64,000 nucleotides of DNA from Octopus sinensis (taxonomy: Eukaryota), in NCBI RefSeq assembly GCF_006345805.1, contig NC_042999.1, positions 132,556,001-132,620,000 of the forward strand. The letters are read 5' to 3'. The translations under genes were made by a program, and so were the position numbers. Shown in pieces: positions 22,956-36,930 of this stretch. How positions within the stretch are numbered: the first letter of the stretch is position 1; every line of letters begins with the position of its first letter. The notes under the pieces are model-generated. The model did no database searches. It saw only the letters and a list, made by a program, of their open reading frames with translations, and was not told the origin of the DNA.

Positions 22956-24610
22956 ATAAACCACTAAGTATTCGACGTAATTCTACAAGCCGGCAGTGAT
23001 CAGACACTGTACGAATGAGTGCACAACAGTTTCTGTCCTTTACACGCCTCTTGGGTAAGCGTGGCTGACGGCTCCTCAGTGGCACTGCCAGGCTAGGGGT
23101 TTCTCGAAATTATCCATGGGCCCGGCCCAAAAGTTTTCCAGAATAGACCAGCTAGTCGATTTTCGTCGATGCCAAGAGTCTCACCGAGAATGTCGTCGCT
23201 CTTGCCTTCCACGAAACCTCTATAGCACACTTTAGTGGAAGTTCCACCGACCGCAGTACTCGTCTGTGAATAACCATCCTCGGTCTACGCTTGATCCAGG
23301 ACTGCAGCTCTGTCAAAGAGACGAGTTGTGGAAATACTCGTCTGAAAAACGTCAACAACACCTGTTTACTGTTCAGAAATTACTAGAGCTGTCGTAGATT
23401 CAGGGTATGTAAGCGCCTCGTCAGTTACGGCATTCTCAGTCCTCTACTCAGCGGGTGTTGACAGCGACGCACTCCTTGTACAAAAAGCGGAAAAGTAGTC
23501 CGGTCAGACGTGAACTGGAGTGACGGTTAAACGGTTCAACCTTTCAGAGATAGTTTTGTCTCAACCCATTTCTGGGTGAAATCAATCACTTTACCCGTCA
23601 CTTTGTCTCAGTTTTTCTCCACTTGCAGATCTGGACCAAATCAGAACCCAAAGAATTTAACCAGTTCATCCGTCCAACATCATACGTCGCTGTTGGACAG
23701 CATAAACCAGGTGCCGAGCGGCAGGTTCACTAATTTTTCTTGGTTTTTGCTCCTGTTACTCTTCGTAATTCCTTAGAGCAGTGCTAATTACTTCGGTGTG
23801 CTTGGTGTCCGACACTATGGCGGTGATGTTGTTCGCGCGTATCTTTACGGTTCTCCCGCTCAAAGTTTGCATCCTGAGATGCCTTTCCAAGTCTGTGGTT
23901 CTCGTAGTAATTGCTCAGAAGTCAGTACGTACAGAAATGAGAGGAGACAACCATGAGGAATGACCGCATAATACCACATGATTCCAATAGGTAACCATTA
24001 CACCCTAACTACTGAGCAGGTGTTACTGTACATTCGAGCAATCCAACCGCAAAGACACTATCGGGTTCCTACATATGCCAGGTTCCTTACCACCCCCTCT
24101 ATGATGTGTAGGATAGGTGAAAGTTGTTGAGGATACACCTGTTTGGGATGGCACATGTTTGTGCATCTTCAGACTAATCTTTGCTGATACGTCGATCAAA
24201 ATCTTGGGTTTTGCGTTTAACAAAACATTTCAATATGATCCCACTTGTTTGGGTCCTTTCACAGAAGTGCCGCCGCTTCTCGACTTACAAAACTGAGAAT
24301 TCTCACATTCTGCTGTCAGTTGTGGAAAAAATGTCAGCTAAATGCTTTCCAAAGAAATCTGGCAAATAAAAATAAACCTCGCAGGGAAGACCATCCGAAC
24401 AGGTGCTTTGCCTCCGTGCATGCAATCATCGCTTCCCGTATTTCCGCAATTGATTTCAGCTTTTCGCAACACTTTGCCTCTCTTGCTGAGAGACAACAGG
24501 CCGTTGAAAAGCCATACACAATGCTCGGGTTCGTGTAACATGTGCTCATCATAGTCAATTAAGGACGAAATAAGTCTTTGTTGTCACGTTGCTCTTGCAA
24601 CCGTAAATAA
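22955..24610 (-). mobile_element. Decayed Tx1/L1-clade LINE ORF2 fragment, related to 41149-43331
   Basis: The minus strand gives LLNAKPKIL, FPQLVSLTELQSWIKRRPR and ETVVHSFVQC, and is collinear at DNA level with 41200-42530. Confidence 0.85.
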
Positions 24611-25813
24611 GATGGTCTGTTTCGATATTTTTTTGAGCTGTGACTGTCTTTCATGGTCTTTGGAGTTGATTAGGATATGTATGTTCTGAAAAATTCCAGC
24701 TAGAGTTTATGCTAGCCACTTTCTCAAATTGTACCACGAAAGGTGTCACTGACAAAGAGTCAACGTTGTCCTCGTTTTTTTCTTTCTTGAATTTGTATGA
24801 TAGCTTCGGGTAAAATTGTCTTATTTATAACAGTCCTGCCGCATTGTTTTTCTTTCCACCAGATGTTCACCAGATGCTCCATATCCAATGTCCATCTTAT
24901 CAAGTATTATTGGTAAAGGACGAGACAGATTTTCTATTAAGAAATACAATTATTTTCACTTGACAAGATTTGTGTTTGCATTTTTGCTCCGAATGTTCAA
25001 GTCAATATTGTGATCAACAGTTACCATTATTTAACACAATGTCCGTATTTCTTCTTTATATCTGTCTGTTGGCTGTCTTGTCCAATCCTCGATCTTAAAG
25101 AATATATAATTTCATGTTCCCTTTCTTGATCGATGGAAACTACACCATTTTTTGCTCTTTTTAGAGACATAACATGGAACGACACCAGGTTTTTGGATGG
25201 GCAGAGATATATTTTTTTCTTCAGGTCGTTTCTTCAATAAAATCAGCTTGCAAGGAAGAAGATTTCGTGATATATCTGTCCCACGTTCTTTTTTGTTTTG
25301 TTCTGAGTGCTGGTTCATAGCTAGAATTAACATTGACAGTCGAATTGTTGCTTGTTTACTGTTTGTAAAACTGTCTCTTTTTCTGTGCAGTACACAGGTT
25401 CGAATTTGCATGATTTAACTCTAAGGGGTTGAATGAAGCATTCGGCTTACTCTGACATATGTAAAGCTTATTCAGTCACATTGTTTTCAATTAATCATGC
25501 ATTATTTCGTAGCTTTGAAATTTTGACAAGCTAACTGTTAATTTTGAAAATGATGTTGTAGGGTTGGTGTGAGAAGCCAGATCTAGTCAGTTTGAGCATA
25601 AAACAAGCAGAATATTTTGGCTGGATATGGCCGGTTTAAATACTAACGGGTTAAGTTTCGCCATTCTTACTCTATTTTTGACAAATGTTTTTTCTTTATT
25701 TCGTGTTTGTAAAATGTTCCAAGACCTGTGTATCTGTTTATGCATCCTCTCTTGGTCGACAGTGATATTCCCAATGTTGTGGTCTGTTCAGACTAACGGT
25801 GAAAAATGTGGAA

Positions 25814-25936
<123 letters not shown>

Positions 25937-26095
25937 AAGTGGCTGTGTGGTAAGTAGTTTGCTTACAAATCGCATGGCTCCGGGTTCAGTCCCACTGCAT
26001 CGCACCTTGGGCAAGTGTTCTTCTACTATGGTCTCGGGCCGACCAAAGCCTTGTGAGTGAATTTGGTAGACGGAAACTGAAAGAAGCCCGTCGTA

Positions 26096-26139
<44 letters not shown>

Positions 26140-26349
26140 GTGTGTGTGTGTGTATGTTTGTGTGTCTGTGTTTGTCCCCCCAACATCGCTTGACAACCGA
26201 TGCTGGTGTGTTTACGTTTCCGTAACTTAGCGGTTCGGTAAAAGAGACCGATAGAATAAGTACTAGGCTTCCAAAGAAAAAGTCCTGGGTCGATTTGCTC
26301 CAGCATGGCCACAGTCAAATGACTGAAACAAGTAAAAGAGTAAAAGAGT
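25937..26349 (+). mobile_element. tRNA-derived SINE family B, near full length
   Basis: A box TGGCTGTGTGG, B box GGTTCAGTCCC, internal TA/TG microsatellite and tail CAGCATGGCC.CAGTCAAATGACTGAAACAAG(TAAAAGAG)n. Confidence 0.9.
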
Positions 26350-26368
26350 ATATATATATATACACACA

Positions 26369-26580
26369 CAGGGTAGCCCAAAAGTAGTTTTACAGTTATC
26401 ACGTAGGCACTTCAAATTTCTTTTAAAACATTTTATTATATTTAAATTTCTATTTTACAATCAACTAAATTAGCATAGAATAATGGTTTCATATCTTTTT
26501 ATAATTAAAATCTAAACTGTTAATATATGAATGCAAAAGAGATAGTTGAATAACTGTAAACCTACTTTTGGGCCACCCTG
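26369..26580. mobile_element. Tc1/mariner-type MITE
   Basis: ~31-bp TIRs CAGGGTAGCCCAAAAGTAGTTTTACAGTTAT / ATAACTGTAAACCTACTTTTGGGCCACCCTG, followed by TA. Confidence 0.85.
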
Positions 26581-26600
26581 TACATACATACATACATACA

Positions 26601-26631
<31 letters not shown>

Positions 26632-27563
26632 GTTATAAGTACTAAACTCGGGCTTTTGTGCGTGTTTGATATTTTAGTCTGCTTCCGTAGAAATTGGTAA
26701 AAGAAAGTTTCACAAAGAAGTTGCGAGTTTTAAAGAATATTTAATATTTTCTATTTCATTAAACACATTTTGGGTTGGGATAGGAATTTTTTGTTACAAA
26801 ATATAAAAATAAAACGAAACAAAAGCAAAGTAAAATTAAAAAAAAAAAGAGTTACTCTTACACGATTAGCAAATTATGAAAATGTAAATTTGTGCAACAA
26901 TGTGTTAATAACAAGGCGATTGGTAAACGGCAGGACCTATTGTGCATTTTGATCTGATTAATTTAATTTCTTCAAACAAAATGAAAACACAAAAGATTGA
27001 GATTCAATTTCCAGTCATCAATCAAAAATATTGCAAAGTAATTCCGCTCACGAGCTGATAGTATTTTCTCTCTGAAAGCAATAACACTTCAGCTAGCGTA
27101 GTTGTTAACACGCAGACTTTTTTTTCTAACGTTTTGGTTTCTCGTTGTTTGATCTTTTTATCCGTTCCCTTTTAGGTGATGCTAAATGAAAGCATTGGTT
27201 GTATTCCATTAGTGGTTTAGTGTTCAGGTAGGTTCATCTTTAATTAGTCTAATATTTCTAGTTAACAGTAAAAATCGCAATTTTTATAATACAGTAGATG
27301 ACACAGTGGTGTCAGTTAAATAATATAGTGCATTACTAAAACTTCTAATTTGGTCTTTCACTCAACCAGCAGATGATTTCCTACTTCTCAAACTGTTAGA
27401 ATACTTCAGCATCTTCAATACGGAACGGTGTGAACACCTGTCCGAAATTTCCTTTCTGTTCACCTACTTAGAATATCTGATTTGATTAGTGTGCAGTTAC
27501 AGAGGTACGTCCATCCATCCATCCATGTGTGTATATATGTATATGTGTATGTTTGCGCGTATA

Positions 27564-27599
<36 letters not shown>

Positions 27600-27602
<3 letters not shown>

Positions 27603-28140
27603 TATTATAAAAGGCAGATTTTATCTGCCTCCCTTTGTAACTTATAGAAATCTACAATATAGGATTTCTTCAATTACAATTTACCTAGCATTTTTAAGAG
27701 TAGAATGCATCGGGTCATGCCAGGTCCAGTTTTTAAAATTTAAACTCCAATTAAGCAAAATTTACAGAAAACTCACATTCTGGTGTGTATGTCAAATGCT
27801 TTACTTAATGTGGTTTACACCACACGCACACGCACACACACAGTGTGCAACGAATAAAATGAAAGTAAATAGCGACAGAGTGATTTGAGGAAGACTAAAC
27901 TGAAAGTATTTAAACCACTACTCAAAAAATAAAAAAACACAGCAAACAGAAACAAATAAATACATAACGATTTACTCCTCACACAATTTCTTCAATTAGA
28001 GTTTACCTAAGATTTTTCAAAGTACTCCATTCGGTCATGCCATAATATATTTCTTTCAATTTCACCCCCAATTAAGACAAAATTCGAGAAAACTCAATAT
28101 TTTAACATTTCATTCCGAAAGCATTGATGTACATGTGTGC

Positions 28141-28214
<74 letters not shown>

Positions 28215-29300
28215 ATGGGTTGTGCGACACAGAAAGTGTGGTGTGTAAGTGAAGTGCTTTTGTTAGTGTGTGTAAAGAGACAGACAGAGTGAAAGACAGA
28301 AATAACTGAACTTTTTTTATTCACTTTTTGTAGTGAGTAACTGAGAGAGAAAAGAGAGAGAGAGGTTATGTATGTATATATGTATGTATGGCTTCAGTGA
28401 CACACACACACAAAAACACATACCTACGTACACCTAAAGCACGCACACACACACACACAAGCGGAGCGCGAGTTCAAAATTTTGGTAGTATTAATTTGCG
28501 AGCGTACTTCTAAGCGCGCGTAATTGAAAGTTTTCACTATGATATCATCACGTGCGAAAAAATTCGAAGGGTTTTGAACAATTGAGATACAGATGTCACG
28601 CCTGTATTGAAACCATTGCTAAGCTGCCGTAATTGCTTAATTAAGACTTTGTTTAAATTGAAAGGGGCAAATATGTGACGAGGTTGAAAAAAAAATACCC
28701 CAGAAAAAAAATGTACTGCTGGTATTTATATAATTCACTACTATTTTGCTACAATGTCATGAAAAAGAAAAAATTTAGGTATGTAAATCGAATTCGCCAC
28801 CCCCTTTTCCCCGTTCGCGTTTGTGTAAAAAAAATTATTATTTAAGTTTTAAAAATTATTTACTTTGTTCAAAAAATATTAATATTAATTAATTTTCAAG
28901 AATTATTTAATTTTATTCTGTAAAATAGTAATTAATTCATTTATCTGCAAATCCGCGAGGTTGTTACTCAGGCACCTAGAATGGTAACCTTCAACTAACA
29001 CTATCTCCTCCGAGACCCTGCGGCGCAAGTTGACCAAAATTGAGAGTATGGTAGAAGAAGGGTTGCTCTTCCTTCCGTAGAACATAAAATTCAAATCGGA
29101 CCATGTTAACACCAAAAATTATTTACATCAAAAAGATGCTTTTTTCTACGAAAATCCCTATTTTTTACGATTTTTTCACTGCTGTGTCGCCACTTTTCGG
29201 TGTATTTCGACCAGAAAAATGTTCACAAAATTTTTACTTTTCAAAATTACAATTCCAGCGGGTCGAAACAAACCCGAGCAACGCCAGGCGATACTGCTAG
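27600..29300 (+). mobile_element. Non-autonomous Helitron (family A), 1.7 kb
   Basis: 5' TC, 3' GC-rich subterminal motif then CTAG, inserted between A and T. A near-identical copy lies at 46145-47817. Confidence 0.85.
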
Positions 29301-29311
29301 TATATATATAT

Positions 29312-29724
29312 TACTCTTTACTCTTTTACTCTTTTACTTGTTTCAGTCATTTGACTGCGGCCATGCTGGAGCACCACCTTTAGTCGAGCAAATCGACCCC
29401 GGAACTTATTCTTTGTAAGCCCAGTACTTATTCTATCGGTCTCTTTTGCCGAACCGCTAAGTGACGGGGACGTAAACACACCAGCATCGGTTGTCAAGCT
29501 AGGGGGACAAACACAGACACACAAACATATACACACACACTTATATATATATACATATATACGTCAGGCTTCTTTCAGTTTCCGTCTACCAAATCCACTC
29601 ACAAGGCATTGGTCGGCCCGGGGCTATAGCAGAAGACACTTGCCCAAGATGCCACGCAGTGGGACTGAACCCGGAACCATGTGGTTGGTTAGCAAGCTAC
29701 TTACCACACAGCCACTCCTGCGCC
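29312..29724 (-). mobile_element. SINE family B, full length
   Basis: Complete head GGCGCAGGAGTGGCTGTGTGG through to the tail. Confidence 0.9.
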
Positions 29725-29812
<88 letters not shown>

Positions 29813-29815
<3 letters not shown>

Positions 29816-30265
29816 TATTATAAAAGGCAGATTTTATCTGCCTCCCTTTGTCAGTTATAGAAATCTACAATATAGGATTTCTTCAATTACAATTTACCTA
29901 GCATTTTTAAGAGTAGAATGCATCGGATTTTGCCAGGTCCACTTTTTAAAATTTCAACCCCAATTAAGCAAAATTTAGAGAGAACTCACATTGTGGTGTA
30001 TGAGTCAAATGCTTCTCTTAGTGTGGGATACAGCACACGCAAACGCACACACACAGTGTGCAACGAATAAAGCGAAAGTAATTCACTTTCTGTAGTGAGT
30101 GACTCTTTCACTCTGCCTCCCACTTCCTCTTTACACACATAGACACGCAAATATATAAATAAAATTGTAAGCTAACGTGCGTGTGTGTGTGTGTGTGTGT
30201 GCGTGTGTGTGTGTGTGTGAGGGTGCGTGTGTGTGTGTGTGTGCGTGTGCGTAAGTGTGTGACAG
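29813..30265 (+). mobile_element. Helitron family A-related 5' portion (internal deletion derivative)
   Basis: The first ~265 bp match 27600-27865, then the match jumps to the segment at about 28320. Confidence 0.8.
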
Positions 30266-30266
30266 G

Positions 30267-31405
30267 AAAGTTTTTTAGGACGAATATAAGACCTATATCC
30301 AGGTAGCAGAAAGATCGCCCGAAAGTGTATATAGATATTTAAATGTATTTATATATTCATCTATACACAGATGTATGTATAATGTGTGTGTATATATTTC
30401 CATAGAGGTAACCTTTCACTCCATACAAAGTTTTTTAGGACGAATATAAGACCTATATCCAAGTAGCAGAAAGGTCGCCCAAAAGTGTATATAGATATTT
30501 AAATGTATTCATATATTCATCTATACACAGATGTATGTATAATGTGTGTGTATATATTTCCATACAGGTAACCTTTCACTCCATACAAAGTTTTTTAGGA
30601 CGAATATAAGACCTATATCCAGTAGCAGAAAGATCGCCCTAAGTGTATATAGATATTTTAATGTATTTATATATTCATCTATACACAGATGTATTGTATA
30701 ATGTGCGTGTATATATTTCCATACAGGTAACCTTTCACTCCATACAAAGTTTTTTAGGACGAATATAAGACCTATATCCAAGTAGCAGAAAGATCGCCGG
30801 AAGTGTATATAGATATTTAAATGTATTTATATATTCATCTATACACAGATGTATGTATAATGTGTGTGTATATATTTCCATAGAGGTAACCTTTCACTCC
30901 ATACAAAGTTTTTTAGGACGAATATAAGACTATATCCAGGTAGCAGAAAGATCGCCCAAAAGTGTATATAGATATTTAAATGTATTTATATATTCATCTA
31001 TACACAGATGTATGTATAATGTGTGTGTATATATTTCCATAGAGGTAACCTTTCACTCCATACAAAGTTTTTTAGGACGAATATAAGACCTATATCCAAT
31101 AGCAGAAAGATCGCCCGAAAGTGTATATAGATATTTAAATGTATTTATATATCATCTATACACAGATGTATGTATAATGTGTTGTATATATTTCCATAGA
31201 GGTAACCTTTCACTCCATACAAAGTTTTTTAGGACGAATATAAGATCTAAAGTATATACAAGTAGCAGAAAGATCGCCCAAAAGTGTATATGATATTTTA
31301 AATGTATATTATATATTCATCTATACACAGATGTATGTATAATGTGCGTGTATATATTTCCATAGAGGTAACCATTCAATCCATACACAGTTTTTTAGGA
31401 CGAAA
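30267..31405 (+). repeat. Tandem array of a ~160-bp unit, 7 full copies plus a partial one
   Basis: AAAGTTTTTTAGGACG-type unit starts at 30267, 30427, 30587, 30746, 30905, 31064, 31221 and 31387. Confidence 0.95.
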
Positions 31406-31408
31406 ATA

Positions 31409-31914
31409 TCTATATATATAAAACTCTAGTTGTGTGAGTGTCTGTCCCCTTCGATTTAGATTCCTAACTCCTCCCACATTTTGCGGTGCAGTTTAACCAA
31501 ATTCGGGTATCTTATAGTCGTGATTCATATCGAGCCCGTCTGACTATTAGCGCGCGTCAACGATGAGTCTACGATTTTAAAAATAATTTAACATCATTTT
31601 TTATTCCATTTTAATGCATAAAATGCATCGTGTGTCGATGGCGGCGGAGTTGGCGTCCACGCTCACAGCTGCACCTGTTTGCTTCTCCCCCTTCCCTCCC
31701 TCGTGAAGCTGTGGGGAAGGGAGTGTAAAGAAATCAACGTCGTAATGCGTTGTGAAGGAAACCAGCGTTCTTTTAGAACAACGACTTCATGGCTTGAAGA
31801 CAAACCAAAAAAAAATGGCTAAGAAAGCCCGATTTACAAGGGAAGTAACTCTCTAAAAATGCTATATATTATTTTTCCTTTACAAACCCGAGCAACGCCG
31901 GGCGATACTGCTAG
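31409..31914 (+). mobile_element. Non-autonomous Helitron (family B)
   Basis: TCTATATATATAAAA start and GCAACGCCGGGCGATACTGCTAG end. Confidence 0.88.
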
Positions 31915-32752
31915 TTTTATATAAAGAAAGGTTGTGTGTCTGTCTACTCCGATTTAGATTCCTACTACTCCCACATTTTGCGATGCAGTTTAACCAAAAC
32001 CGGGTATCTTATAGTCGTGATTCATATCGAGCCCTTCTGGGTATTAGCACGCGTCTACGATGAGTCTATGATTTTACAAATAATTTACCATCATTTTTTT
32101 CCATTTTAATGCATATTTTTTTAAATAAGGGAAGTAACTCTCAAACTTCACACCAATATGCGTGCTCATATGCGACGTAATATCACATCAGCAGCATTTC
32201 CTCACACCCTCCTTGCACTTGGCGAAGGCAAAATACCAGGGGATGAAAATGGTAATATTGCCATCGGTTCCATTTGTACCATTGTTAAGACGCCTTCTGA
32301 TCTCAAAGATGCAGTGTTCCCAGATCTACAAGCTAATTATCAGAATATGGATTGGATTGGCAAAAAGGCTATACTGGCCCCGAATAAAACTGTTCACCAT
32401 ATTAATGATGAAATGCTAAAACTCATTCCTGGGGAAGTCTATGTATATCAGTCTATCGATACAACTCCTGACCCAGAGGACGTCATCAACTATCCAATAG
32501 AGGTACTCAATTCCTTTGAGCATCCCGGACTACCACCACACTTTCTCAAACTTAAAGTTGGTGCCCATATAATGCTCATCAGAAATTTGGTTCCCCCAAA
32601 ACAATGCAATGGCACACGTTTGATCGTTAAGTCCTTATCTCCCACCGTAAACTTATATCAATATTTGCCTGAATAATCATCATAATTCAGTGCAATCATT
32701 AACAGTACTTTCAAGCAATTCAGCCCCGAGCAACGCCGGGCAATTCTGCTAG
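31915..32752 (+). mobile_element. Helitron derivative carrying a PIF1-family helicase fragment (ORF 32158-32676)
   Basis: KAILAPN..VHHINDEML..IPG..YQSIDT..YPIEVLNS..GLPPHFLKLKVGAHIMLIRNL..CNGTRLIV. It ends GCAACGCCGGGCAATTCTGCTAG. Confidence 0.9.
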
Positions 32753-32754
32753 TA

Positions 32755-32810
32755 TATATATATATATGTACACATATTTGCATATACACACATATATGTA
32801 AATATGTCTG

Positions 32811-32889
<79 letters not shown>

Positions 32890-32906
32890 GTCTGTCTATC
32901 TGTCTA

Positions 32907-32945
<39 letters not shown>

Positions 32946-32946
32946 G

Positions 32947-32989
<43 letters not shown>

Positions 32990-33006
32990 GTCTGTCTATC
33001 TGTCTA

Positions 33007-33069
<63 letters not shown>

Positions 33070-33090
33070 ATCTATCCATCTGTCTGTCTA
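32755..33090. repeat. Compound (TA)/(TCTA)/(TCTG) microsatellite
   Basis: Read directly from the sequence. Confidence 0.95.
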
Positions 33091-33291
33091 CATAATAACA
33101 GTGTGACTCAAACCCACATGACTAGATATCTCTTGGGTGCGTAGGATAAGTCTAGGAACATGTTTCTACGCGGGCATGAAACTTCAAGAGATGTGGAGCT
33201 GAGTCAAACTATTATTAATAATACATGTAACTCTTGCCAAATATATAGAGTGCTACTTTCTTTCATTTGTGCACTCATTCGTATATATATA

Positions 33292-33335
<44 letters not shown>

Positions 33336-33604
33336 CATACACAGAAATGCTTGCGCCTGGTCCCCGCTGCCTCCCTTGCTACTCTTCTCTCCAACCACTT
33401 CATTCTTTTCGGTCAATTCAACATGTGCAACCTTTAATCCAGACAAGATTTTCTTTCTCTCCGTCCTTTTTTCTCCCCTCATTCCTTTCTCGAAACGTCA
33501 AAGACTTCTTCCATTTTTCATGAGCATCAAATTAATACATTATTTTTGTTGTTCCCTGGCCTGTCTTTGCCTTCTGCATTCTATATTCTTGTACAATTTT
33601 GAAC

Positions 33605-33660
<56 letters not shown>

Positions 33661-33722
33661 TATGTGTGTGTATGTGTGTGTGTGTGCGTGTGTATACATA
33701 TTTACATACATACATACATGTA

Positions 33723-33756
<34 letters not shown>

Positions 33757-33786
33757 CATACATACATACATACATACATACATACA

Positions 33787-33818
<32 letters not shown>

Positions 33819-34134
33819 GACCGAAGAAAGTAACCCCTGTGATGCTGCCAACTATTGACACTCCCTTTCAGTATCTCTATGGTGATGGAAACTACCATTC
33901 AAGCGCTCCCCTTAGTGACCACCAACAACTTCCTTTGAACTAGATTCACTGGAGACCAACTCTCTTATGTCACTCAACGGTGGAGAAATTTAGTGAAAGC
34001 AATGTTGTCTCCGTAAACATCAAGAAACCTCCTGACCGTGCCTAGCGTAGGAAACTTTTATCAAAATTGCTGAGTATGGTCTCTACTTGCCAAACATTTC
34101 TTTGATCGGTATATTCCTATCTGATTACACTAGC

Positions 34135-34385
34135 TTGGCCCATTATTTTCTTCTTTTCAAACATTAATGATCTATATGCCCTTAAGACTAACAGAGCCCA
34201 AACCTACACAGATGATACTGTCCTTCATTCTTCTGGAACGTTTCCCACTATGCGTCTTCCATATGCAACATAGACACCATATACCAAACATGCACTAATT
34301 TCGTCAGCATGTGCCTCAAAACATCCTTCATTGGTTATATGTTAATCTTATCTCTTTCAACAAAAATAAAACACCACGATATTCA
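34135..34385 (+). mobile_element. Small APE-type LINE RT relic
   Basis: INDL..TYTDDTVLHS..WLYVNLISFNKNKT. Confidence 0.6.
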
Positions 34386-34953
34386 TGTCAAGAAAATAAC
34401 ATCACAGCACACTTGCTTTTAAGCACGAGAAATACAAGACAAGAGCTCTTACGGTCGATAAAAGTGTTGGGCTTTAATAGCAGCGATATCTGTCCCGGCT
34501 AAAGTACAGAATCAAAACCTAAAGATCAGTTCGTTTCTTGAAGGCCAAAGAAGAAAAAAAGCTTTTGTGTGCATGTATGTATATATGCAGATTTGTATGT
34601 TTTGTTTTATGTATGTATTCTCATACATATAATTGCATATCTAGACATGCTCATATATACTTAAATGATAAACTTCTGGAAAGTTTTACAGAATTTTACC
34701 GTTCTGGTGATGGCTTGGATCTGTTGTCTTCGAACGAACTTTCTCCTTTCTGGTTTTGAGAAGCTTATTTTCTCCAAATTGGTACTTAGGCAGTGCGTCA
34801 CATATCCCAGTGCCCCAATAATTACAGGTATAAACTTGTAATGTGCATAGAATAGCTGTAGATTCCTCGTATGTATGTATGTATGTATCTATGTCTGTCT
34901 GTTCATCCGTCTATCTAACTATCTATCTACCCATCCATCCATCTATCCATCCG

Positions 34954-34987
<34 letters not shown>

Positions 34988-36269
34988 CATATATTCATAC
35001 ATACATACATACATACATACATACATACATACATACATACATACATACATACATACATACAGAATGTATGTCTGTGTATATATACTGAAAGCTGAATCTT
35101 CGTGAGTAGAAACTTAGTTTCATGTTGCCGCTTATCTGAACAGTCGGGATAAAATTTCAGAACTACTGGGAGTTCGGATAGCCGAAAACCCCACAAGTAA
35201 GGCGACATTGAGTATTTTCTGTATTAAAAATAAAATAAACTTATGAAATATGTAGTTCTTATACGAAAAATGTTGATGATATTTATTTTGCGTGAAGGAG
35301 ATGTAGTTACGTGGAATGAAAGTAAAAGAGAGGGAGAAAGACACTGGGACGGAGGGAGAGAGAGAGAAAGGGAGAGTGTTAATGGGGAGAGAGAGAGAGA
35401 GAGAGAGAGAGGAGATGCAAGAGAATGACAAGAAATATCCGTGGATGAAGATACACACAGACTGACAGACAGATATACAGGCAGGCGGGTAGACAGGGCT
35501 TGATAGATATATACTCAGAAGCAAGAGTGAGTGTGAGACAAGGATGGGGGGGGGAGAGAAAGAGAAAGAGAGAGGAAGAGAGAGATAGAGAGGGAGAAAG
35601 GTGGTAGAGAGATAGAGAGAGGAAGTGATTGCTGGAAAGAAATTAGAAGTAAATAGTGTCAAAATATTTCCAGATTGTCTGACAAAGTGACAAACAGATT
35701 GAGAGTAAGAAAGGAGAGAGAATAAACGAGTAAGAATTAAAGATTTCTGAGAACAATAATTTACTATTGTCACATGGATTAATATTTTATTCACTGGCGA
35801 TTAGTGGAAAATTCTAAATGATTTGTTAAGAGGTTTAAGGTGTTGAATAAATAGTTCCGTTCTAATATGAGGTGTTAAATACTTTTGAAGCTGTGTAAAA
35901 TAACGTTCAATATTTGTGGTGTCGTTGAGGTTATCAGCTATTTGTCTCCACTTTGCATTGAATACAGATATTAATTCCTTTAGAAGAATTAAGAATTTTT
36001 ATTCTTCATTTTTACATTTCACAATTGCCAAACACATCTGACACCAAATACATCGGATTCCTGTATTATAAATCATAGCTTCCTATACTGACGCGGATAC
36101 TGTTTTCTTGAATGTCTGCGCGCGTGAGGCATTTCTTTATATCTAAACGTAAACTAATCTTGTGTTACATCAAATGTCAATTCTTTTTTTTTCTGGCAAA
36201 GCTGGAAAGTTAATTCTTTTACTAAATCGATCCATATCTTTAACTTGAAAGTAATTGTTTATTTTTTTT

Positions 36270-36650
36270 TTTTGCGTCATTTAAGAACACTAAATACGAA
36301 GAGGGGAGAACATAGATTGTTTACGACGGAAAGGGTTGTGGAAAGATCCATGCTAGGAATACCTTGGCAAGAGTATATCCAAAGTGAGAAAATTCTAGAA
36401 TGGATCGAAGTGGATGACATGATAGCAGAATACAAAAAGCACAAATTAAGCTGGGCCGGAGGTCGCAAGGTTCACAGATACCGAGTTGTATCCAAGTGAT
36501 CGGTAAGGTCACTCGAAAGTGACACGCCCCACGACGGGAAGACGGTTTAATAAAACGCTTTGGGCCAAGATGGAAAAAAAAGTATGCTGCAATCAGGAAA
36601 GAATTAAAAGCGCATTGTGACCAGTGTCGTATAACAACATTCAGTAGTTT
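36270..36650 (+). mobile_element. RTE-clade LINE 3' fragment
   Basis: TERVVERSMLGI..VDDMIAEYKKHKLSWAG. Confidence 0.75.
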
Positions 36651-36930
36651 GGTCGGTATGGTGAACAGTGAAATACCCATTGAGAACATTTTCTAACCCG
36701 TTATTAAAAAAGTAAACTTATTTTCAAAGATTAGCATCGATTAACAAGAATATGCATGAACATAACAGAGATGATAGAGAAATTACTATCGGAATAAGAT
36801 ATTAGAGTTGCGGGTTCGTTATAAAAATATAAAACAGGTATGTTTAATTAAAATTAATGGTTCTATGTTATTCTTATATAAGATACATGTACTAATTCAG
36901 AGTATTTCTTTACAAACAGAATATAGTAGG

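Noticed and set aside
24620-25450. Moderately complex minus-strand ORF pieces (possible transposase)
   Set aside because: I could not match a family motif with any confidence.
30267-31405. Regular repeat array as a possible CRISPR
   Set aside because: The units are contiguous ~160-bp near-identical monomers with no unique spacers and no cas genes, in a eukaryotic context.
32804-33943. Long ORFs of YI/HT/LSIY/VC repeats here and throughout the window
   Set aside because: They are translations of stop-free microsatellites.
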